64,000 nucleotides of DNA from the human T2T-CHM13v2.0 reference genome, Homo sapiens: assembly GCF_009914755.1 (NCBI RefSeq), contig NC_060937.1; one strand, written 5' to 3'. Shown in pieces: positions 54,770-64,000 of this stretch. Under the pieces are notes generated by a model. It saw only the letters and a program-made list of their open reading frames with translations. It searched no databases and was not told where the DNA came from. The translations under genes and the position numbers were made by a program. Position 1 is the stretch's first letter. Every line of letters starts with the position of its first letter.

Positions 54770-55350
54770 TAATAATTCACATTTTCAACTGTCATATCAG
54801 CAACAATTTAAACAGTTGTTATTCTCAGTGTTGAAAAAATGTGAAGAAACCTCATATACTTCTCTTCAAAGTGAATGTAGCTTCATTATTTTCAGAGGCC
54901 CAATCAGCTATCAGGGTAGAGCACCCACACTTGTCTTCACACACTACTGTTTGGCCCAGAAATTCTACTTTAGGAATTTATCCTAGGCATACACGCCCAT
55001 GAATCTGCAACCTTTAAGTATAAGAATGTTTACTGCATTGTTATTTGTGATAGCAAAAACCTGAAAACACCCAATTACCAATGGCAAAAATAGTAAATAA
55101 GTAATGGTATATCCATAATGATATGCAGCCATGCAGCCATGCAAAATAATTGAACTGATTTGAAATGAAGTTCAAGATATATTGATAAATGTAAAAATCA
55201 ATTTGCAGCACTCTATGTAAAGTACTATCTCATTTGTGTTTTTAAGTGTGTGGAGGTTTTCTACATATATTAATATAGGTCTATAGATAACTATGCAGGG
55301 ATACGCTTATGTACCTAGACATTTCTGGAAGGATTTGAAAAAGACTGTGT
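54770..55350 (+). mobile_element. old L1ME 3' region
   Basis: gcccagaaattctactttaggaatttatccta...aatgtttactgcattgttatttgtgatagcaaaaacctgaaaaca. Confidence 0.75.
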
Positions 55351-56299
55351 GTGTGTATGTGTGTGTGCATAAACATATGTTTAGTGAAGGACTTTCTGCA
55401 TTTCTTAGTGTTTATATTGTAAGTTTTATAATAATGAAAAGAGACAGAAAGAGTTAAGATAGAATATAGCATGCTAATAAAGAAATATTGTCTTATAGTA
55501 AAGGATAGCATTTAATGAAAGCTGTTGCTAAGAGAAAAAGTTTTGTAAGAGTGGGACAGAAGAGATAATGGGTTAGGAAAGCTCATAGTCTGTCGTTTTT
55601 GAGTACTGAAGAAACGATACTATGCTTGTGTGGATGCAGTGATTTAAATCTTGTCATGTATGTAATTCAGAAACAAAAGAGTGAAGTTAACTTCATCCTG
55701 TCTTGACTGAGCCACTTTAATGATAAGTACCATAAATGATATCTGCCACACGATGTGGCCGAAGATCAATCATTTATTCCCTCAACTAATATTGAAAACC
55801 TACTAAGTCCTCAGTGCTATACCCGTAAGTCAGGCTCTCCTTTAACAATTAGGCAATTGGCTCAATCTTCAATGTAAAGATTGAAAAATTAAAAAGAGAA
55901 AAAGAGCAGAACACTCAACTCAGCATATACTAATTGTTGAATGAACTGAAGCTATTATTGTTTGCTTTTCCAGGTAGCTTTCCTTACTGAATACATGTGG
56001 ATTTAGGGGAGGGTGATCAAGTGCTGGAGCAAACATTTTCCTGATTGTACTTTCAGAGAAAAATCTGTGAGCAAATAAATAATGATATAAGTTGCAAATC
56101 TCTTAATGAACCTAAAGATTCTTGCCACAAATTTCCCAATGAATACATATCTTTTCAATCTAACAGTTTTGATTTTCTAAGACTTTAAATTTGATTTTCA
56201 ATTTATACTTTAAAAAAAAAAAGGTCAAATGAATTCCAACTGAAAAAGGGCATGGGAACTCCTTGTGCTAAATTTGAAATCTGGCTGGAAAAATTGCAG

Positions 56300-56460
56300 T
56301 CCTGTCTGAACATCCATTTTATCAATGCAGACAAAAATGCCTACTTCACTCTGTTGTCATGGGGCTTTGTCCTTCAGTGTTGTAATATATATAAAGCATC
56401 TAGCACAGTGCCTCATAGAGCCAACGTTTAAAAATGGTATGTATTGTAATAATGATGATA
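56300..56460 (+). mobile_element. MIR fragment
   Basis: taaagcatctagcacagtgcct is the MIR 3' motif. Confidence 0.55.
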
Positions 56461-57304
56461 AGGATGATTTCATGATGATTTCTGAAATATAGTATATTTT
56501 GATTCATTTAAAAACACGGTGTCTTTTATTCTTTTAATGTGTCTTTATTTTCATTTAAAACCAAATTTGAAACTAAATAATTCTCACTCACTAAAATCAT
56601 GTCAGAGTTAGATCAGCATTGTGTTAAAAGGATGTACGCCATCAACAATAGACATATGATAAATCATTTTTAAAGGAGCTGGTCCAACAGAAAGTGCCAG
56701 CACATTATGGTTTATGCTGTCTGCTGACCTTTAACTCTGTATATTTAACTGCGGAAATCGGACTTAAATTATTCATACTTATTTCTTTTAATAATTTATA
56801 ATATAACTTTCTTTTGAAGACATTAGAAATATGGAATAATGTTGCTACAGTATTCAAAATAACTTTTTTTTTGGAACAATGCTGTATTTGAAAAAAAGAA
56901 ATAGTTTACATGTGTTCAGTCTGTCTCTCCAGCCGCTGTGTCTATTTTGCAAATATATAAAGTATGAAACTGGCTAAGAGACATTTTTGGTCAAAATACA
57001 GATCTATTTTGGTATGTGGCTAAAAGTAGCTTAAATAAAAAGCTGTGTATCTAACTATAGCTAAACATTTATTTCTTTGAGGATTATTGACATAACAGAA
57101 GAGGTAAAATTTTTTTCAGAAGCCATGTTATGTGAAAATTATTGCTAGAATACTTCAAATTTTTAATGATATAGACCAGATAATTCCAGACGATGTAAAT
57201 CAAAGAGAGAGAGAGAAAAATCCATGGTCAAGAAATCTGCATTACTCAAAGCAATGCCTAATTATATAAAGGGTGGGTTCTGCCCCTTTACTTGAAGTTC
57301 TGGA

Positions 57305-57669
<365 letters not shown>

Positions 57670-58278
57670 TAATTCATAGCAGAGACTGCTGAACAGCTTA
57701 GCCTGGTATCAGAGAAAACTCCACGGCTTGAGTTAGAACTTGATCAATTAACAGACTTGTATAAAATTGTAGCTTTTTTGCTTTTAATATTAAAGGGAAG
57801 TTCCTTGCTTTTCAAAATCTTGTCATTTGACTTGCATGATAGACACCGTGGGCTATTTTTTGAGTTTAGATTTGAAATGTAAAATATTTTCAATTATTGA
57901 TAACTTGGAATAAATACATTTGTTCTTATGATTTTGCCACATTTTCCACTTCCTTTTCAAAATGAGAAAGCTCTGTGGCCCTCATGGAAAATTTCTCCCT
58001 GGCATGGAATCTTGCAAGAAATTCAGTCACTTATGCTTGACTCCTGCTCTCAACTGTAAATCATTTTTAAAGGGTTACAAGTTAATTTTATTCTTTTTAC
58101 CTTGACATCAAACAAGCCAAATGGAATATTCTTTCCCTTCCTTATTAAAATAGCCAAAATGTTCCTTTAATTGTGTAAAAAGTTGCCACTTAAACTTCCT
58201 GAAGCATGATGAGTTAAAGACAAATATTTGAGCTTTTGGAAATTTGATGATGATATTAAATAATTTCTTGCCTGATAG

Positions 58279-58718
58279 TGTAGTGGGTTGAATGGACGCA
58301 TGTCCCTGTCCCAATCTCAGGAACCTATGAATACGACCTTATTTGCAAAACAGGTTTTGAAAATGTAAATAAATTGAGGATTTTTGAGATGAAATCACCC
58401 TGATTAATCTAGATGGGACCCAAATCCAATGACAAGCACTCCTCTAAGAGACAGAAGAAGAGAAGCCATGCGAAAGGAGACCGCCATGTGAATATGGAAG
58501 CAGACATTAGAGTGGTGCAGCCACAGGCCAAGCAACCCCTGGAGCCCCCAGAGGCTGCAAGAGGCACAGAAAGATCCTTCCCTAAGAGCCTCCTGAGGGA
58601 GCTCAGCCTTGCCTACCCTGATCTTTTGGCTTTCTGAAAAGAGAACGATTAACTTTTTCTTCTTTCAAACTATCAAGTTCATGATAGTTTGACATGGCAG
58701 TATTAAGAAACTCATACA
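58279..58718 (+). mobile_element. MLT1C-like MaLR solo LTR
   Basis: tgtagtgggttgaatgg...aaatccaatgacaag...agaaactcataca; 5-bp TSD gatag/gctag. Confidence 0.88.
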
Positions 58719-60819
58719 GCTAGTAAAACGTAGGCTGCTTACCTGGAAACACTTAGATACATGTAATGGATTTCAACCTAAGATCAAGGTGACTTATACG
58801 AACAATCCCTTTTCCCTGTTATTCGAATAAGATAATTCTTCATTTTGAGATATTACTCTGACTTATTTTAACATTGTGAGCAGTTTTTCTCAGATGGAGC
58901 CCTGCCATGAGGCATAATCTTGTAGGCAATTCTTATTGCCTGAACAATCACCATTTTTTATAAACAAGAAGATGAGCCAAGAGAGAAGAAAGTCATACAA
59001 GTGTATTTCTTGCACTGGATTTCTAAGTAGCTTGCCCCAGTGCCACCATAACAGGACCATTTTTTTCATTTTTTTACTTCATGGAAAGAAAAGGCATTGT
59101 ATTGCAATGCCGGGGACAGAGTAGTAACCATAGATTATGATGTAAATTCATCTGGCATCTCTTGTGATTTTAAAACTTCCTACCTTGTGAAAAATCCTCT
59201 ATTTTGTGAGAAACGGGAAGTCCAAGTTAAAAATCTCTGATACTGGAAATAGTAGCAGCTTCCCTAAGTTCACTACATGTGCAGTGTGGAAAACCAAGAG
59301 AGAGAATACAGGAAGTTGTAAGCCCACTGCTTGTCAATTCGCTTGGTACCTCTGTGTACCAGACACTGTGAAGACAGGCATTGGCAAATCACTGAAACTA
59401 GCTGTTTAAGGGATTCTAAGTGGGACTGGGATGCAGAACAGCAAGACAGGTGCATTGGGTGCAAGTGCCTGTGGATGGTAACAGTTGAGTTTTATTCATG
59501 CAGGAAGTGGGGTTGAAGCTGAGGCCTGTGGGATGGGCAGTGAAAACAATGAAACAATGAAAGGACATTTCCTAAGATCCAAGGAAGGAAGAGCAAGCAA
59601 GAAGTCATTGAAACTTCAGGCTAACATTTTTGCAGGACAGGGAGCTGTAGTATCATTTATTCCAATCTGTTGAAATTAGAGTGGGATTGAAAGCCTTAAG
59701 AAAAAAAAAAGCACATATTGATTAGTTTATTTGGAGACTAATACAGATGTTAATTCACAATTAGTAAGAGATGCCTACCTACTTAAAAGTATTTAGCAAC
59801 ATATTTGCCTGCTAGGCTGTTTTTAATTTCAAGGAGGAAGGGTTGTGGTTACCTGATTTGTTGTTATCAGCTTCAGTCGCTTGAGTACTCTCTTAGAGTT
59901 CTCACAACGGGACTAAATTGGAAATGTAACCAACAGGTGATCCATTAAGGACTTGAGAGCAGTTAAGTCTTCCTTTGGGATGTATACTTTTACAGCCAAT
60001 AAGCCTGGCCTTACTAGCTCCTAGTCAGTTTGCTTGCCAATAATAAAGCCTCATAATGTAACAGAGTGACACCCAGTAGAGCCACTCCTCTTAGGTTTCC
60101 ACCGTCAATATTGACTCTAGAAAGCCTCTTAAAAAGGCATGGGATTCACTATTCTGTTAGAAACCCTTATGGGACTCAGAAAGAAGATGACTGCCATGTC
60201 TTAGTTAGCTTGGCACAGGTTCTTGAAGATAATACTACTTTTAAAAACACTTTTAAATTATTTCCTGAAATAAAAGAGAGTCACTAAATGGCTTTAAAAT
60301 TTGTGTTCAGTAATATTAATCATCTGGCATCATAATGTATACACATGGCCAGACAGTTATCTCTATGATTTATGTCCTAACCAATTGATGGAAAGGTCAT
60401 ATAATGTGTGGGAATGAGAATGACATTTGCCAGCAAGATATAATATTACATAATAGACTGGGGAAGCTAAAATGAAAGAATAGCGATAATAATCAGTATG
60501 AAAGCAATTCAACTTTAATATTTTAAATATATTGTAATTTTTAGGGAGGCATCCCCAGATGTAATAAATGCTTCAGAAGACTGCTCTCACTCAGTAACGG
60601 TTTTACAATTCAGTAGCAGAATAGCTCATCGTACAGGTCACCTTTAAAAGGACTAAATGCACTTAAGAAACAAAAATGTTTATTGCCCATTTGCAGCAAT
60701 TGTTTCTGGATGATTGTGAGATCAATTTTTAAATGGCTTTATTTTTAGTATCACGGGATGCTAACACTGGAAGGTGCTTAGAAACCATTCCCTTTCATTC
60801 TCTAATTTTAAAGAGCAAA

Positions 60820-61690
60820 GCGTCCTGCCTTGGCTTCTTCCTTTTGGTCTTGCTCCCTTTCCATTCATTTTCACACTGTTGGCAAAGCAAGGGATCTTTT
60901 TAAAGCCATCTGCTTAATGTCTCTCAATGGTTTCTCATTACCTACAGCAGCATTTGCCAAAGTCTGTGCCATGAACAACTAGCTCAGCCTGTTGTAATTG
61001 GCATTATTTTAAAGAACAGGGAGTTCCACAATCATGTGTTTGACATACTGGGTTCAACACAAATGGTGCCTTTTCTGCAGGACTTCTCAAACCCTTTTAT
61101 AGACAATGTTGACCAAACTTGTTTAGGCACTGAAACTTTTTTTTTTTTTTCCCTTCCTCGAAGATCTCCCGGGACTGACTTGTGATTCACTGGCCTGATT
61201 AATAAGGTCCACAATTCTAAGCGTGGAATACCATTCCTTCAAAACTGACCCCTGCCTTCTGGTTCAACTTCATATACCAATGCTCCATGTTTAGATTCTA
61301 GATCACACTTAGAACCAACTAAAGTAAGCTTTTCTGAAAAGCTGTTCTGTTGTATCTTCCCTCTGGGGTGTTTTGGCTTTGCTTGGTTACCAACTACATG
61401 GGCTTTCCAGATTCAGTTCCAGTGTCACCACCAGGAAGCCTCTGTTTGTTTTCTCTGGGTTTTTAAGGGTTTTTTAGGGGTTTTTTTTGGGTTCTCTGGT
61501 TTTTTTAGGGTTATCTGACCTAAGGATGGCCCACAGCCCTCTCTCCTCACTTCTCACCACAGCGGGTACCAAATGGGGCTGTCATCCTGCTAACTTGCAG
61601 GTCTCACCTCCAAAATCCCCATTTCCTTTTAGTTAGGACTGTGTTTCATCCTCTTTGCCAGCACACTGCCTAGGACATTGGTGGTGCTCA
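60820..61690 (+). mobile_element. fragmented L2 with a MER113-like hAT insert at about 60948-61150
   Basis: L2-like ccattcattttcacactg...gatctttttaaa and tcagttccagtgtcacc...aggaagcct; insert contains ctgcaggacttctcaaaccctttta. Confidence 0.55.
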
Positions 61691-62064
61691 GGAGAGAACC
61701 ATGGACCTATGGGAGGGAGGAAAGGTTAAGTGGCATGTCAGGATGACATGGCTGCATGGCATGCTTTTCAGGCCAGTGCGGGGACACTACAATGACCTAT
61801 GGACATTGAATCCACAACTCATTATAAAGAAATTCAGCAAGATGACACTATGATTAGTTCTAATTAATTAGTTTAATTACTCCCATGATTGATTTCATAA
61901 TGCCCTTAAGCAAATTCTAAATATATATTTTGAAGGAAAGAACAAGGAACAGAACAACGTAGAAAAAAGGGTCCAAGACTATTTTTGCATTTATATGATA
62001 GAATTAAGTTCTGGGTTTTTTTTTTTTTTTAGTAGCTAATAGTGTGTGAGCCTATTTTAATGAC

Positions 62065-62099
<35 letters not shown>

Positions 62100-62130
62100 A
62101 TATATGTATATATATGTTGAACACATATAT
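62065..62130. repeat. compound (TG)n(TA)n microsatellite
   Basis: read directly. Confidence 0.9.
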
Positions 62131-62506
62131 GTTTAAGAGAAATTCCAAATGTATTGCAGCTCATATTTGGATATAACTATTGAGTTTGTAGTGTCTGTGG
62201 TGGCTTTTTCATGAGTCCAGGAAACATCAGAAATGATTTTTACCACGGATATTAGTTATCTTGCCTCTGCTGGTGAAACTGCTATTCAGTTAAGCAAGCA
62301 TGTCAGTTCACTGAGAGCCAAGTTAAAGTATGTTTTTTTGATGATATGTAGAAAAAGAAAGTAAAATAAGAGTAAAAATTGGATTTTTTTCTCTTAAAAA
62401 TGTATAAGGCTTTCTGTGTTATCTACCTCTTTTGTATGGCACATTAAAAATTGGAAATAAAAATTGAATTGGACTTCTTTCAAATATAGAGCATTCTCAG
62501 TGTCTG

Positions 62507-62563
62507 ATATATATATATATATGCCATATATATATACACACACAAACATATATATATATATAT
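62507..62563. repeat. interrupted (TA)n/(CA)n microsatellite
   Basis: read directly. Confidence 0.9.
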
Positions 62564-63249
62564 AATCTCAGTGTTCATTATATGTAAAATTAGATACATA
62601 TATAAAATAAAATACATTCTCTCAGTAGACAGTGATGAAATGATATATCAGATAGTAATATCAGTTATTGTATTTGACTAAAAGTGCACCATACAGTTTC
62701 ATGATTAATGCTGCTTCTGCTGAAACATTGACCCCCAAAATATTTTCAATGAGGTATATTCATTAGAGGTCTTCCTGACTTCTTTGAGTTCTGTTCTCAG
62801 ATGTTCCTGGAAATAAGTACATAGAAAAATAGATCTTTCTACTATTAATTTTGTTTTTTCAAGTAATAACATTCCTAGAAAAGACAAAAGTATTTTTGAA
62901 AATTGAGTATAGAAAAGGTTTACTGAAAATAAACGTGAAGATGTAGCACATAGACTGAAAAGTTAGTAGTGAGTCTGAGGAGTTGGATGGCAGTTAGGTG
63001 GAGAAACCAACCAACCCAACAGGCAAGAAGGAGGAGGCAGAGCATGAGTCCCAGTGCCAGTGGATCATTAACCAGGAGGCAGACCTCAGGGTCCTGCTCT
63101 CTATGGCAAAATGCAAGGAGAGTGGGAGAGTTTGAATTCCAAGTTATTCCTCCACTATGTTGTGGTCAGTTATTTATTTCATGAATGTATCTTTTAATTT
63201 TTAAACTTGAAATCACAGAGAATGAAGAATTTAAAAAGGTTTAAATTCT

Positions 63250-63369
63250 GGCCAACATGTAATTCCAACATTTTGGGAGGCCAAGGTGGGAGGATCGCTG
63301 GAGACTGGAAGGTCAAAGCTACAGTGAGTTGAGATAGTGCCACTGCACTGCAGCCTGGACGACAAGAGT
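63250..63369 (+). mobile_element. monomer-length old Alu (J-type hybrid or FRAM-like)
   Basis: left-arm start tgtaattccaacattttgggaggccaagg joined to right-arm end cagtgagttgagatagtgccactgcactgcagcctgg. Confidence 0.8.
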
Positions 63370-63912
63370 ATATATATATGGCTTTAAAAGGGGTCTGTTC
63401 ATGTTCCTTCTGGGATTATATAACGTTGCCTTGCCCCTGGACCAGGAAGTGACTTAATGATCACCTAAAGTCCTTTGCATCTTACCATTATTATTATTCT
63501 TTCCTCAGGTAAAGTGAAAATTCATTAAATACAGGATACTTTTTTGTATGTTAAAATTCAACCACAATGGTTGTGGTCATAGTAGAAAAAATGTTCCCCA
63601 AGTTATCTATAAACAGAATATGGAAAGATATAACAAAACATTTAGAAGTTTCTTTTGACTTTTTCCAAATGACGTGTATTTGGCTTTTCAATTTTTATTT
63701 TTATGAGAACTTTGTTTGCCTCACACATGAGAGATTTGATTACATCATGGACTGGGCAATACTGGAGAACACTGAATCCAAAACCATGTTTTATGTAAGC
63801 ATTTATGTTATCCTTGCATTTCAGTTTTCCTCCTGTAAGTGTAGGCGCAGTGTTTAAGGAGGGAGGATACAAAAAGATGAATTATAGAGGAGGAAAATTA
63901 GCAGACAGCCAC

Positions 63913-63930
63913 TGGCAGCAGGGGGCAAGA
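63913..63930 (+). promoter_or_regulatory. candidate CTCF site
   Basis: tggcagcagggggcaaga matches the core CCASYAGRKGGC at 11 of 12 positions. Confidence 0.4.
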
Positions 63931-64000
63931 AGCCAAGTGGAAAGACCAGCAGTAGAGATAACCACGTAAATGGTGGAAAATGGAAGCAATGAAACACTGT

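Noticed and set aside
55910-55950. U6-like cagcatatactaa
   Set aside because: Similarity stops after about 13 nt and the context fits an L2-type terminus
58737-58760. Minus-strand CAG|GTAAG recursive-splice-like site (similar motif at 45490-45505)
   Set aside because: The polypyrimidine tract is short, and the second site has an extra G; such matches are expected by chance in 64 kb
61730-61768. Four CATG cores resembling a p53 site
   Set aside because: The cores are not spaced 10 bp apart and the flanks mismatch the consensus

Overview
This is AT-rich, CpG-depleted primate genomic DNA (human or another catarrhine, given AluY copies), most likely a long intron or intergenic region. I can support no protein-coding gene, RNA gene, CRISPR array or prokaryotic system here. 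The supplied ORFs are read-throughs of Alu, L1 or microsatellite sequence, or chance ORFs. Most identifiable sequence is transposon fossil: about 13 Alus, L1PA/L1M fragments, L2 and MIR relics, MaLR and ERV1 solo LTRs, and Tigger/hAT DNA transposons, many with visible target-site duplications (TSDs). Subfamily names come from recalled consensus sequences and need RepeatMasker/Dfam confirmation. The observations most worth checking are: (1) a 107-bp patchwork at 12274-12380 built from colinear pieces of the L1 copy 0.75-1 kb downstream; (2) a five-element nested insertion at 15.9-17.8 kb; (3) a micro-inversion inside an Alu; (4) several structurally odd Alus; and (5) splice and poly(A) signals suggesting a minus-strand non-coding transcript at 34.7-41.6 kb, plus a few weak plus-strand exon candidates. 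I did not find a convincing new biological system.
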